Assembly (NCBI GenBank): GCA_964553825.1
Contig: CAZKLT010000002.1
Span: 66,068 to 130,067, forward strand
DNA from: an uncultured Gammaproteobacteria bacterium
GTDB lineage: Bacteria > Patescibacteriota > Microgenomatia > UBA10105 > UBA927
Reading direction: 5' to 3'
DNA: 64,000 bases
The notes under the pieces are model-generated. The model made no database searches. It had not been told where the DNA came from and worked only from the letters and a program-made list of their open reading frames with translations. Positions 10,386 through 20,904 of this stretch are shown here, one piece after another (within the stretch, counting starts at the first letter, position 1; each line of letters opens with the position of its first letter). A program made the translations under genes and the position numbers.

Positions 10386-12317
10386 TTACCGACCCTGAAT
10401 GTTGGTAGCGATGACTACCTGTCCTGAACCAAGATTATCAATGAGCCATTGTGCCATACGCTCGCCATCCGGTGATGATGCCAACAACGCTTTCCATAAC
10501 GACGTTTGATCCGATGTAGATAGAGTTATAAGTGTTACTTTTGTTGAAAATACTGTTTTTCCTATCTCCTGGAGATACCTTAATTGTGCGTCGCGAAATT
10601 CTTCCAGTCGTGGTTCGTGGGCGCTTACGACAACGACGCGCACGTTCTTTCCGTCCTCACCCTGCACGATGGCTTCCCAGAATACCATGTGAACGATTCC
10701 CTCTGGCGTCTGCATGCTCCCTATATAGCGGGTCGTGAGGTTTTCGGGCGTCCCGTACATGGCGACGCTGACACCATTGGCGCCTTTGTTCACCGTAAAA
10801 GTAACGGGTGTTACAGAATCAATATTCGCCGTTAACTTCGGATCGGCAAGTATTTTTTGCTCAAGGAAGGGAACCTGTTCCGCGCTCATTTCCGGAAAAC
10901 TATTCCACCCGATTGACGTAAAGCTCTCTGTTGTTACCGCTTTTCCGACCGGTACTGCTGCAATAACCTCAGCGATCTTCTCCCACGTCCTGGTAAGCGT
11001 GTTGAACCATTCGGAATAGTATTGCTTTCCGTTGATCGTCACTGGGCTTCGTAAGGCTATAACAAATCCATTCACGAGGACTGCTTTCGCATCTTTCGTG
11101 TTTTCAACCTCACGAAGCACTATCCCATCACCCGGATGAATTCCCTGCTCATCGACTTTCAAGATTGTAGGATAGGTCGTTTGTGCACCTTCACCGTCTT
11201 CAGACCATAAGATATTCCCGGTGGCAACTCTGCGAAGCACCATATTCCAGGAATTTCCGTCAAACAGATACTCAATGACCACTTCCGTCCTTGCATATCC
11301 GCTTGCTTCTGCAAGTGCATATGCGGCATTTTCATATACCACAAGCTTCGCCTCGGGAACGCCAGCCTTGGTAATAATTTCGTTTCGTCCGCTTCCCCCG
11401 GAGCCCGGGAGGTATTCAGCCCCACTCATGGACGGGGGACCATATACGGCGGCTGTAGGCGCCGCTTCTGTTGAAAATGGCGCAGGAGTAGGCCCAACTG
11501 TTGATTCTACAGTAGGCTCTGGGCCTCCTGCTCCCGCATCTGCTGTTGGTGTAAACACTTCACCAGCAGGCGTGGAAGTGCCGACAGGTTGTTCATCATC
11601 TCCTGCAGTATACCCAGGCAAACATGAAGCTAACCAGGTCGCCAGTAAGCCAACAGTTACAACAGCCCTGATCACTTTGCGACGATAAGACGCCCGTGAA
11701 GAAACTTTCGCTGTTTTCGGAGCGGTCTTTGTGACCACATCGGTCTCAGGCTCAATCACTTCAAGCGCCCCAACTTCAACACGATTTTCTGATTCCCGCG
11801 CAAGCACCTGCTCTCGTTCGAACCTGCGTGTGCTTTCCAACCATTCTTGCCACGCCTCTTTATGCCGTTCAAGAGCCTCTTTCGGATCTTGGTTTCCCGC
11901 GAGTCGAAAGGCGTCATCTTTTGATAGGGTACCCGCTTCGGCAAACCGCTGAATGGCGTTTAATCGGACACTCTGGATGGCAAATTCCCTTGCCTGAAGC
12001 TGCGGGATAAATGCATGCTCCCCATTGCGCTTATGTCGCAATTCCAAACTCGGCACGATAACATCGACAGTTCCACCCGCTGTTAATGCGCCAAGAGCGA
12101 TCTTTTCGGTCATCTCGTAGACTCTGTACGGAGAATAGGGGGCGCCGTCAGGCTTGTCATAGAAGTACCCATGATCCCGCGCAAGCCGGTGAACCTTCAC
12201 CTCAAACTTTTCCAATACGATCTGAGTTAATTCAGCGTTAAGGTCAAAAACCTGAATGTCTCCGAGACGCTGCTCGGCACCTTCATTTGTTTCACGAGTT
12301 TCCAGCATACCTGGCAT
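10386..12317 (-). CDS. Hypothetical single-pass membrane protein with Pro/Thr-rich linker
   Basis: 643-aa ORF: charged N-terminal part, RRKVIRAVVTVGLLATWLASC segment at about residues 213-233, then a P/T/A-rich linker. Confidence 0.7.
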   Translation of the reverse strand: MPGMLETRETNEGAEQRLGDIQVFDLNAELTQIVLEKFEVKVHRLARDHGYFYDKPDGAPYSPYRVYEMTEKIALGALTAGGTVDVIVPSLELRHKRNGEHAFIPQLQAREFAIQSVRLNAIQRFAEAGTLSKDDAFRLAGNQDPKEALERHKEAWQEWLESTRRFEREQVLARESENRVEVGALEVIEPETDVVTKTAPKTAKVSSRASYRRKVIRAVVTVGLLATWLASCLPGYTAGDDEQPVGTSTPAGEVFTPTADAGAGGPEPTVESTVGPTPAPFSTEAAPTAAVYGPPSMSGAEYLPGSGGSGRNEIITKAGVPEAKLVVYENAAYALAEASGYARTEVVIEYLFDGNSWNMVLRRVATGNILWSEDGEGAQTTYPTILKVDEQGIHPGDGIVLREVENTKDAKAVLVNGFVIALRSPVTINGKQYYSEWFNTLTRTWEKIAEVIAAVPVGKAVTTESFTSIGWNSFPEMSAEQVPFLEQKILADPKLTANIDSVTPVTFTVNKGANGVSVAMYGTPENLTTRYIGSMQTPEGIVHMVFWEAIVQGEDGKNVRVVVVSAHEPRLEEFRDAQLRYLQEIGKTVFSTKVTLITLSTSDQTSLWKALLASSPDGERMAQWLIDNLGSGQVVIATNIQGR

Positions 12318-12374
12318 ACAAACCTATAGTATCAACTACTATACGGCTTGTCAATTCTATGCACCTCTTTCGTA

Positions 12375-12995
12375 TCATCCTCGTAGACCGCTTGTCAATG
12401 ATGTGAACACCTCACGCAGTAAGAGACGACAAAGAAACTTAATAGTCCTCAGAGCCAGACGCATATCATAATTCCAGCTTTTCTTTTTTATATAGGCGAT
12501 ATCGCTTTTCATCCATGCATCGAACGCCTGTGTATGGTAGCCGTTTACCACCCAGGGGGAGATAATTCCCGGCCGTATCGTATGCCTTTTGCGCTGCCAC
12601 GCGGTCAGCTTTGCTGCTTCCGAAACTGGCAACGGGCGTGGTCCAAACAGCGCCATGTCACCGTGCAATACATTAAAAAGCTGCGGCAACTCATCCAGCC
12701 CTGTATGCGCCAGAAACTTGCCCACACCCGTAAATCGCGGGTCATTGAGCATTTTAAACACCGGACCGTGCGCTTCGTTCTTCTTCCTCAACGCTGCCTG
12801 CTCTTGTTCGGCATTGCGGCGCATCGTGCGAAATTTGTAGAGAAAAAACGGCTTTCCGTTCATACCTATACGCTTCTGCGAGAAAAAAACCGGAAAGCCG
12901 CTCGTAAGCACGATAACCAGACCGATACCGATCTGCATCGGCAAGGAGATGATCACTAACGCCAAAACAAATAGAATAGCAACCGCGTCTTTCAT
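12375..12995 (-). CDS. Polyprenyl-phosphate phosphoglycosyl transferase (Bac_transf, PglC/WcaJ C-terminal family)
   Basis: KFRTM, DPRFTGVGKFL, LDELPQLFNVLHGDM and GPRP motifs. Confidence 0.93.
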   Translation of the reverse strand: MKDAVAILFVLALVIISLPMQIGIGLVIVLTSGFPVFFSQKRIGMNGKPFFLYKFRTMRRNAEQEQAALRKKNEAHGPVFKMLNDPRFTGVGKFLAHTGLDELPQLFNVLHGDMALFGPRPLPVSEAAKLTAWQRKRHTIRPGIISPWVVNGYHTQAFDAWMKSDIAYIKKKSWNYDMRLALRTIKFLCRLLLREVFTSLTSGLRG

Positions 12996-13064
12996 AGTAT
13001 CAATATGCCCTTGCTACACGCTATCCTCCATGCAACCCTCTATGTCGTAGAGTATAATACGCCC

Positions 13065-13832
13065 ATGCAAACCGATGTACGCCACTTTATAGAATTACTG
13101 TGGGCCATGACGGAAAAAGAGCTTCGTGCAAGGTATAAGAATACCATATTCGGTTTCGTATGGCTGATCGTCAATCCGCTTTTGCAAATGCTTGTCATCG
13201 GCTTCATCTTTAACTTCTTTATGAATGAGCCTATCAAAAATTACTTCTTTCATCTGTTTATCGGGCTTCTTTCGTGGAATTTCTTTTCTACATCCATCAC
13301 GAAAGCCACGCCATCGGTCGTCTTTGAGCGTGGACTTATCAAAAAAGCCGCATTTCCAGTCGCGGTCATCCCGCTTTCAATCATTCTGTCCAATATTATC
13401 CATTTTGCCATTGCCTTCGGCATGCTGCTCGTACCCGTGTTCTTCCTCGGGACAATGACCATGCTCACCATACCGCTCACCATCGCGGCGTTGCTTACGC
13501 TCTTTATGTTTACCATCGGCCTTAGCCTTATGACGTGTGCGCTAAACGTACGTTATCGGGACGTGAATTTTTTCATCCAGGCGCTGCTTATTATCTGGTT
13601 TTACGCTACCCCCATCGTCTATTCACTTTCTCAAATACCTCCAGGTACTCAGTGGTTATGGAACTTTAACCCGTTTACCACCATCATTCAGCTTTTACAG
13701 CACGCACTCATCCTGGCAGCGCCACCCGCCATAGGCGCGCTACTGACGAATATTGCCATCGTTATGGCGACGTTTTTCCTTGGCATATATGTATTTAATA
13801 AGGAAGCCAAAAATTTCGACGACTGGGTATGA
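13065..13832 (+). CDS. wzm: ABC-2 polysaccharide/teichoic-acid export permease (Wzm/TagG)
   Basis: ELRARYKNTIFGFVW, LIKKAAFP, RYRDV and TPIVY motifs; start set at MQTDV. Confidence 0.9.
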   Translation: MQTDVRHFIELLWAMTEKELRARYKNTIFGFVWLIVNPLLQMLVIGFIFNFFMNEPIKNYFFHLFIGLLSWNFFSTSITKATPSVVFERGLIKKAAFPVAVIPLSIILSNIIHFAIAFGMLLVPVFFLGTMTMLTIPLTIAALLTLFMFTIGLSLMTCALNVRYRDVNFFIQALLIIWFYATPIVYSLSQIPPGTQWLWNFNPFTTIIQLLQHALILAAPPAIGALLTNIAIVMATFFLGIYVFNKEAKNFDDWV

Positions 13833-14584
13833 AAAAAAATAAAGAGATAGCCATACAGCTTTCCAACATCAGCAAACGCTATGAAATTCACCATGACAAG
13901 CCGACACTGGCTGAAACGTTGCTTCATGGGCGCAACGAACTGTTCTGGGCGCTAAGAGACATTAACCTCTCCATACGCAAGGGTGAACGCGTCGGCATCA
14001 TCGGTCCCAATGGTTCCGGAAAAACAACATTGCTGAAAATCATATCAGGCATTGCAACACCCACAACCGGCACAGTGCAGACAACGGGCCGCCTGGTATC
14101 TCTTATCAACCTTGAAGCTGGTTTTCTCCCAGAATTAAGCGGCATTCAGAATATTTATCTCAATGGTATGATTCTTAACATGAGTAAACGGGAAATCGAT
14201 GCGAAAATAGATGCGATCGTCAAATATGCCGACATCGGCAGATTCGTGGACGCACCCATGTTCACCTATTCAGACGGCATGAAGCTAAAACTGGGCTTCT
14301 CCATCACGATTCATACTAACCCCGACATTCTTATATTGGATGAAAGCATGTATGTCGGAGACCAGAAATTTCAGGATAAGGCGCTGCGAACTATCGAGAA
14401 GTTTTACAAAATGCACACAACGATTCTTATCGTGACACATTGGCTTTCCTATGTGAAAAATAATTGCGACCGCATCATTGTGCTCGAGAAAGGACGAATC
14501 GCCAAAAACGGATCCAAAAAACTCGTCGATAACTTTTACCGATCTATGCAGGGGAAAAATCTTGAGTATACAGCGCCACTGTAA
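13829..14584 (+). CDS. wzt: ABC polysaccharide export ATP-binding protein (Wzt/TagH), no C-terminal CBM
   Basis: FWALRDI, Walker A GPNGSGKTT, YSDGMKLKL signature, ILDE...VGD. Confidence 0.92.
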   Translation: MKKNKEIAIQLSNISKRYEIHHDKPTLAETLLHGRNELFWALRDINLSIRKGERVGIIGPNGSGKTTLLKIISGIATPTTGTVQTTGRLVSLINLEAGFLPELSGIQNIYLNGMILNMSKREIDAKIDAIVKYADIGRFVDAPMFTYSDGMKLKLGFSITIHTNPDILILDESMYVGDQKFQDKALRTIEKFYKMHTTILIVTHWLSYVKNNCDRIIVLEKGRIAKNGSKKLVDNFYRSMQGKNLEYTAPL

Positions 14585-14600
14585 CCTAACGCACTCAGCC

Positions 14601-15479
14601 ATGAACTCGTCTTTCGTTCGACAATCCCATGCCCCAAAAAACTGGTGGAAAAAAGAGTTCGGCAGTTCCTACTATACCCTGTACAATCCCGTCCTAAACC
14701 CGCAGCGCACCAAACAGGAAGTATCATTTATCATTCGCGCGACGGGCCTTGCTCGTCCGACGCGCATTCTAGACGTTGGTTGCGGACATGGCAGGCACGC
14801 CATAGGACTCGCGAAGATGGGACATGACGTTATCGGCATCGATTATTCGACGTATTTTCTTAAAATTGCCCGAACGGAAGCAAAAAAACAGCAGGCCACC
14901 GCTACATTTATCCGTCAGGATATTCGCAGCATGAATTTTTCAGACGAATTTGATGTCGCGCTTTCTATGTATTCTGCTTTTGGATACTTCTCGTTGCGCG
15001 AAAATCTTACGGTCCTTCGCCGGATCCATTCGGCACTCAAGCCGGGCGGAAAATTTCTTCTGGATGTCATCAATGCCGAATGCCATGTCAAACACATCAC
15101 GTCGGCAGGGAAAAAAGTGAAAAAAGGTATTTATCAATTTTCCCAAAACAACGAAATAAACGGCTACAGTGTTCAGGATACCAATATTTATTTCACCAAA
15201 ACGCAGTTGGATTCCTATCATAGGCGTTGGCGAAAAGGAACAAAAACAGGGTCCTATAATTACTATATGTACCAATACACCGTGCCACAGTATCGCGACA
15301 TGCTTAGGCTGACAGGATTTGAAATGCTTAACATTTGGGGAGACTATCAAGGCGCACGATGGAGCCCAAGCAGCTGGCGCACCATTATCCTGTGCTACAA
15401 GCCTCGCAGCGGTGTCTTCGACAAAAACAAAATCGCGCAGTGGATTCAATTACGATTGTTACGCCGATGGCCGGATTGA
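14601..15479 (+). CDS. Class I SAM-dependent methyltransferase
   Basis: ILDVGCGHGRH, GIDYS and LKPGGKFLLD motifs; start set at ATG 14601. Confidence 0.9.
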   Translation: MNSSFVRQSHAPKNWWKKEFGSSYYTLYNPVLNPQRTKQEVSFIIRATGLARPTRILDVGCGHGRHAIGLAKMGHDVIGIDYSTYFLKIARTEAKKQQATATFIRQDIRSMNFSDEFDVALSMYSAFGYFSLRENLTVLRRIHSALKPGGKFLLDVINAECHVKHITSAGKKVKKGIYQFSQNNEINGYSVQDTNIYFTKTQLDSYHRRWRKGTKTGSYNYYMYQYTVPQYRDMLRLTGFEMLNIWGDYQGARWSPSSWRTIILCYKPRSGVFDKNKIAQWIQLRLLRRWPD

Positions 15480-15480
15480 T

Positions 15481-16233
15481 ATGACACGTAATTCTGTGAA
15501 AGCTGTACTGCTTTTGGCGGGGGATGGGGGACGGCTTAGGCCGTATACTGCTACTCGACACAAAAGTCTCATCCCGATTGCAGGCAAACCAATTCTCTGG
15601 TATTCGATGATGAATCTCATCCAACTTGGAATCTCAGAGTATATTCTTGTGCTCGGACACCAGGCAGAAAGCGTCAAATCGTATATACAAACGACATTCC
15701 CGAATAGTATGTGCACATATGTCATAAACGACAGATATCGCGAAACGAATGTTGTGTACTCATTTTATCTCGCGTGCACGCATCTTCAAAACTCAGGATT
15801 TCTTCGCGTTGAAGGGGACCTTCTGTATAATAGAGCGATTGCGCGGCGACTTTTGGATTCGGGAAAACAACTTGTGTCAGCCGTTGAGCCGAGAGACAGA
15901 CGATCGGCGGAAGAATTCTGCGTGCAGGTGGACAAAGCGTCACATACGATACTTCGGTATGGGAAAAATCTCCCCAATCGGTCTGTGTATGGTATAGCCC
16001 AGGGGATAGATTTCGTTTCCCAGAAGGCCGCATGGTCAGTGTCGCAGGAGCTAGCGCGGATTGTCGAGGAGGGAAATCTGGATCAATACGCCGAATACGC
16101 ATTCGAGCGACTCTCTCAGCGCAGCGTCTATCACCCTTCGTACTGCGATATACAGGCGAGCGATTTTTGGTGTGACATAGACACCGCTGAGGATATCCTA
16201 TATGCGACAAAACATATTGACAAGCTTACCTAA
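15481..16233 (+). CDS. LicC-like phosphocholine/phospho-alcohol cytidylyltransferase (NTP_transf_3)
   Basis: LLAGDGGRLRPYT...KSL, INDRYRETN, EGDLLY and WCDIDTAED motifs; start set at MTRNS. Confidence 0.82.
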   Translation: MTRNSVKAVLLLAGDGGRLRPYTATRHKSLIPIAGKPILWYSMMNLIQLGISEYILVLGHQAESVKSYIQTTFPNSMCTYVINDRYRETNVVYSFYLACTHLQNSGFLRVEGDLLYNRAIARRLLDSGKQLVSAVEPRDRRSAEEFCVQVDKASHTILRYGKNLPNRSVYGIAQGIDFVSQKAAWSVSQELARIVEEGNLDQYAEYAFERLSQRSVYHPSYCDIQASDFWCDIDTAEDILYATKHIDKLT

Positions 16234-17548
16234 AACATTCACGAGTCAAAAAACGGCAATACCATGTTTTATTATGGCCATTGATTCTTCCGTCGGATCT
16301 GGTCGGAATATGGATGCGTACTACGAGAATCTTTCAAATTCCCAGCTGATTATTCCTGTGATGGTATACTCTCGAGGCGAAAGCTACGAGACGGCCCCGG
16401 CGTGGATACAAAACAAAGTCTTATTGGACATGCCCTATGCGACCCATCCCATTGACCTATGCAGGCACAGCCACTGCAAAATTCCTATACACGCGCATAT
16501 AACCCATGACCAATGGATGCGGCAATTTGCAAAATCCGTGCCCATGGTGCGCGCCACAACCTCTGTCGCGCCCATATGGCTCCTGGATATGGTCCTGCCA
16601 ATTATCGAGGCTCCCATGAAGCGTCATATCGTGCAAGTGTTTCACGGTGAACTCTTTCCAATCGGACCGCTTCCGTATATCCGTCCTGAGCACATCGATT
16701 CGATCCTTTCCTACGACCGGCTGCTACTTTCTGGACAGGTCATTGAAGATGCCTTGATGGCATCAGGTGTCATTGATCCTGAAGATACGCGAATCAGAAG
16801 AATCGGCCGCGTGCTTGACGATACGCTCTACAATGGAACGATCAAAAAACAAACGGTGCTTCGGGAGTTTGGCTTGGATCCAAAGCGCAAAACGCTTCTA
16901 TACGCCCCGACGTGGGAATCATTAAAGCTGTGGCCTATGGGAACACGCGCAGATGACGCGCGGTATCTGCGCCGGTTCTGCTCATTTGCGCAGAAACAGA
17001 ACCTAAACGTAATCCTTCGTCCGCATCCAATATCCATTATCCAGTATGGCGTACAACCGCTGATTGCGCGGAGTACAAAACTCTACCGGAACGTATATTT
17101 CGACAATGCCCGACTCTCCTCATACTACGGCCCAAATAAAGCACTAATCGCAGCAGACATCCTGATTACGGACTTATCAAGCATATCTGCTGAATTTTTG
17201 TCATTGGGAAAACCGGTCGTGTACCTGTATCCGGATAGATCTGTTGGCATCTGGGGCGAGGGATTTCCTTCTATCGCAGCGGTTCGGAAGCTCTCCTATA
17301 CCGTGCAGGGAATTTCGGAATTACTATCCGTGCTCACGCGTCTGCTCTCAAAAGAAGAGGATTCCCGAATCATAAAAAAACGCGCTCAGACAGCGGCGTA
17401 TTTTCTGGACCATCGAGACGGATCTTCCGGACGGCGGTTTCGTCAGGAAATGGAACAGCTTGCCCGGGAGCGCACAACAACGGAGTCTCGCATGTTTCTC
17501 CGGTTGTATCGTACTGTTATTCGTCGATTTTCCCGTAAAGATCGCTAG
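16202..17548 (+). CDS. CDP-glycerol:glycerophosphotransferase family (TagB/TagF-like) protein
   Basis: VQVFHG, LLYAPTW, LRPHP and ADILITDLSSISAEFLSLGKPVV motifs. Exact start uncertain. Confidence 0.85.
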   Translation: MRQNILTSLPKTFTSQKTAIPCFIMAIDSSVGSGRNMDAYYENLSNSQLIIPVMVYSRGESYETAPAWIQNKVLLDMPYATHPIDLCRHSHCKIPIHAHITHDQWMRQFAKSVPMVRATTSVAPIWLLDMVLPIIEAPMKRHIVQVFHGELFPIGPLPYIRPEHIDSILSYDRLLLSGQVIEDALMASGVIDPEDTRIRRIGRVLDDTLYNGTIKKQTVLREFGLDPKRKTLLYAPTWESLKLWPMGTRADDARYLRRFCSFAQKQNLNVILRPHPISIIQYGVQPLIARSTKLYRNVYFDNARLSSYYGPNKALIAADILITDLSSISAEFLSLGKPVVYLYPDRSVGIWGEGFPSIAAVRKLSYTVQGISELLSVLTRLLSKEEDSRIIKKRAQTAAYFLDHRDGSSGRRFRQEMEQLARERTTTESRMFLRLYRTVIRRFSRKDR

Positions 17549-17608
17549 CATCTCATTTCGCTCCGCATGGAAACCATGAGGTATAATACCTATTCAGCGC
17601 GAGGAAAC

Positions 17609-18592
17609 ATGAACTATCGTACGCTCGGCAAAACAGGATATACCGTATCAGAGATCGGGTACGGAAGCTGGTCATTGGGATCCGACTGGGGGACAGTCAC
17701 GGATGACGACGCACTGCGCGTGCTGGCCAGTCTTCCTGCCGAAGGCATCAACTTTATAGACACGGCGGACATCTATGGCGACGGGAGAAGTGAGCGACTC
17801 ATCGCCCAACATAGGCAAATAACCGGACATCATGCGATCATCGCGACAAAAATCGGCAGGCGTCTTTCCCCGCATGCGGCAGAGGGATATACTGAGAAAA
17901 ACATACGTACCTTCGTTGAAAGAAGTCTTCAGAATCTCAAAACATCGTGTATAGACCTTTTGCAGCTTCATACGCCACCTTCACAGGTGTACTATATGCC
18001 AGACGTGTTTATGTATTTGGATCGTCTCGTGAAACACGGGAAAATTCGCCACTATGGCGTCAGCGTCGAAAAGGTTGAGGAGGGACTAAAGGCAATAGAG
18101 TATCCCGGCGTCGCGACAATCCAGATAATCTTTAACATCGTGCGCCAGCGCCCGATGGAACATCTGCTGAATGAAGCGCATCGCCGTAACGTCGGTGTTA
18201 TTGTACGCGTTCCGCTCGCAAGTGGATTACTTACCGGTAAATACAACATCTTTTCCCGGTTCCCGCGTAATGACCACCGGTCGTTCAACAGGCATGGCGA
18301 GATTTTTGATCGCGGTGAAACATTTGCTGGGGTAAATTTTCTTTCCGGCCTTCGGATTGTAAAAGCGCTACGGGGAGTAAAGCCACCATCGTATACCATG
18401 GCTCAATTTGCATTACGATGGATTCTTATGCATCCCGCCGTATCGACAGTGATCGTCGGAGGAAAAACACCTGCGCAAGTCCATGAAAACGCCCAGGCAA
18501 GCGGCATGCCAAGGCTTACCAAGAGAACCATGCAGCAGGTAAGTGCGCTATATGCAAAATTCGTTAAGCCTCAGGTGCATGATCGCTGGTAG
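17609..18592 (+). CDS. Aldo/keto reductase
   Basis: YRTLGKTGYTVSEIGYG, FIDTADIYGDGRSE, IDLLQLH and PLASGLLTGK motifs. Confidence 0.93.
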   Translation: MNYRTLGKTGYTVSEIGYGSWSLGSDWGTVTDDDALRVLASLPAEGINFIDTADIYGDGRSERLIAQHRQITGHHAIIATKIGRRLSPHAAEGYTEKNIRTFVERSLQNLKTSCIDLLQLHTPPSQVYYMPDVFMYLDRLVKHGKIRHYGVSVEKVEEGLKAIEYPGVATIQIIFNIVRQRPMEHLLNEAHRRNVGVIVRVPLASGLLTGKYNIFSRFPRNDHRSFNRHGEIFDRGETFAGVNFLSGLRIVKALRGVKPPSYTMAQFALRWILMHPAVSTVIVGGKTPAQVHENAQASGMPRLTKRTMQQVSALYAKFVKPQVHDRW

Positions 18593-19823
18593 GTGCATAC
18601 GGGAAACAAAATCGTGCGGTTGAATATTTTTTGGCAAGCTGGGCAGCATCTTTACTCACATCTTTTCCGTCAAGAATACGCTGTATAAGCACCCCCAGCA
18701 GATTCATGTCTGCCTCTTTCATGCCCCGTTTTGTTGCTTCCTGCGTCCCAAGGCGAATGAACGTACGGCCACCAAGCGCGTTACTTGTGCTTATCGATAG
18801 GCCGTTCTGTGCGAAGCGCCGGACTATTGAGGAGCCCTCGGCATCGACGAGGAGGTGAACCTGATGATTATGGCTATATACGCCGTTTATCGACCTGACG
18901 TGTAGCCCGTTTTTCGCAAGCGCGCTACCAAGCGCCTGAGAGTTGCGAACAATCTGCCGCGCATACCCACGGCCATACATGTCCATTTCTAGCACCGTAA
19001 TCGCCAGGGCCATGAGGCTATTTGTGTGGACCGTCGAGTACGTATTCCGGACGATGCTATCCATTTCAGTCGCCAACGACTTGTCACGAAACGCAAGTAT
19101 GCCCTTATGCGGCCCGGGAAATGTCTTGTGCGTATTGGCAACAATAACGTCCGCCCCTTCCCGAAGGGGGGATTGAAATTCGCCGCCCATAATTAATCCA
19201 AGCGTGTGACTGGCATCATAGATAAGAAGCACGTCATGCGGAAGACCGTTTCGCAACTGGCGAAGCGGATGCGGCTGAAGCAGCACAGAGGTGTCCAGAT
19301 ACACGATGCGTGCTTTTTTTCTGCGGGCCAGATAAACCGTCTTCGCGACATCAAGAGTCAGCCGAGAGATATCATACGCTGCGTATACATGCTTTCTGCC
19401 GATGCTTTCTGCTATGTGCTTCGTGCAAAAATGACCACCATCCTCCTCACGGACGGACATTACGGTATCGCCCGGCCGAGTAGATCCCAGAAGCGCACAC
19501 AGCATTGCGTGCGCTCCGGACAGACATTCAAGGTTCACATCCTCGGCGGCCAGCATTTTTTTAGCTTTTGCCTTTGCACGGTCGAGAATATCGTGAAGTC
19601 GCGGGTAGGTAATGGCCGAAAAGTCTCCGAAGTTATTCGCAGTCATAACGCCCCCGATCCCTCTTCCGAAATCATATCGCAGCCCCATGGGTGACCGGTA
19701 AAACCGCATTGCAAGCGGGGAGAGTATGTTCTGGTTGGCGGTTAGATTGACCATCCGGTCGTTATACGACTCAATGTCCTGGAGCGTACGAAAAAGGCGG
19801 TTGGCTGTCAGCGAATCAAACAT
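18564..19823 (-). CDS. SHMT-fold PLP enzyme, L-threonine transaldolase (ObiH/LipK/FTase)-like
   Basis: LTANQN, DGGHF, YDASHTLGLIMGG, NTHKTFPGPHKG, HQVH and RLGTQEATKRGMKE. Differs from the bacterial GlyA TTTHKTLRGPRGG motif. Confidence 0.8.
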   Translation of the reverse strand: MFDSLTANRLFRTLQDIESYNDRMVNLTANQNILSPLAMRFYRSPMGLRYDFGRGIGGVMTANNFGDFSAITYPRLHDILDRAKAKAKKMLAAEDVNLECLSGAHAMLCALLGSTRPGDTVMSVREEDGGHFCTKHIAESIGRKHVYAAYDISRLTLDVAKTVYLARRKKARIVYLDTSVLLQPHPLRQLRNGLPHDVLLIYDASHTLGLIMGGEFQSPLREGADVIVANTHKTFPGPHKGILAFRDKSLATEMDSIVRNTYSTVHTNSLMALAITVLEMDMYGRGYARQIVRNSQALGSALAKNGLHVRSINGVYSHNHQVHLLVDAEGSSIVRRFAQNGLSISTSNALGGRTFIRLGTQEATKRGMKEADMNLLGVLIQRILDGKDVSKDAAQLAKKYSTARFCFPYAPTSDHAPEA

Positions 19824-19859
19824 ATCTGCGATTGTAGCACAGCCCTTGACGCTGTCTGA

Positions 19860-20897
19860 TTATTTTTTCTCCCGAAGCCTACGATCTACTGTTCGCAAAA
19901 CACCAAGAAAACTGTCCGTGTGAACCCGCATACCGATCGTTACGCGCATATAGACCTCGGTCATAAATTTGGCTATCAGGACATCCTGATTGTCCAATGC
20001 ATCCACCAATAACGGCTTTGCCTTTGCATTAACTTTTACTAATACCAGGTTAGCACGGGAATCGAATGCCACGAAATGGTCAAGGGCATTGACGGACCGA
20101 ATAAAGTATTCCCTATCAGAGATAATGGTCCGTGCTAATTTACGATAGTACATCCGGGCCGTAAGGGCAGCCAAGGCAACCTCTTCCAATATCCTATTTC
20201 CTCCGAGGTACGGATCCTGATACCGCAACATTGCTTTGATGTTTTTACCGCACAATGCGTACCCCATACGCAGTCCTGCCAGGGCGTACTGTTTTGAGAA
20301 GCTTCTAAGTATCATAAGATTGCCAAATTGATCCAGGAGGCGTCGAAAACCCGCTGCATCATATTTATCATCAAAACCAAAATATGCCTCATCAAGAATA
20401 ACAAGAGTGTTACTGGAAACGCGACGAAGGATTCTTTTGGCATCGGCCACAGAGATAACATTGCCGCTCGGGTTGTTTGGCGTCGTGATAAGCACCAGTT
20501 GCGGCGCGTACCGATGAATTTTTTTTACGCAATCCTCTATATCAAATGAAAACGCGCTCTTACCCTCTGTGATCCGGAAGGTGTGAAGCTTGATATTGCG
20601 AAATGCAAGGTATTTCGCATAAAAGCCGAAGTGAAGTTCATGGGTAAGCACACTGCTTTTTCCAACCTGAAGGCTATTAAAGACAAGGCGCAATATCTCT
20701 TCAGCGCCGTATCCGATAAGAATACGGCTCCGTGGCAAGGAAAATCGCTTAGCCAACTCCGGAGCCAGAATGGATCCCGAATACCCATCAAAATACCGTG
20801 CGAGCTTGTCAGCGGATGCGGCATGCAGCACCTGTAGGCACACCGGAGCAGGGCCAAGAACAACTTCGTTTCGATTCAAAAGCAACTGGTTTTTCAT
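19860..20897 (-). CDS. Class I/II PLP aminotransferase/decarboxylase (HisC/CobD-like)
   Basis: LNRNE, PNNPSG, LDEAY and RSFSKQYALAGLRMGY motifs. Confidence 0.88.
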   Translation of the reverse strand: MKNQLLLNRNEVVLGPAPVCLQVLHAASADKLARYFDGYSGSILAPELAKRFSLPRSRILIGYGAEEILRLVFNSLQVGKSSVLTHELHFGFYAKYLAFRNIKLHTFRITEGKSAFSFDIEDCVKKIHRYAPQLVLITTPNNPSGNVISVADAKRILRRVSSNTLVILDEAYFGFDDKYDAAGFRRLLDQFGNLMILRSFSKQYALAGLRMGYALCGKNIKAMLRYQDPYLGGNRILEEVALAALTARMYYRKLARTIISDREYFIRSVNALDHFVAFDSRANLVLVKVNAKAKPLLVDALDNQDVLIAKFMTEVYMRVTIGMRVHTDSFLGVLRTVDRRLREKK

Positions 20898-20904
20898 GCC
20901 GGTA

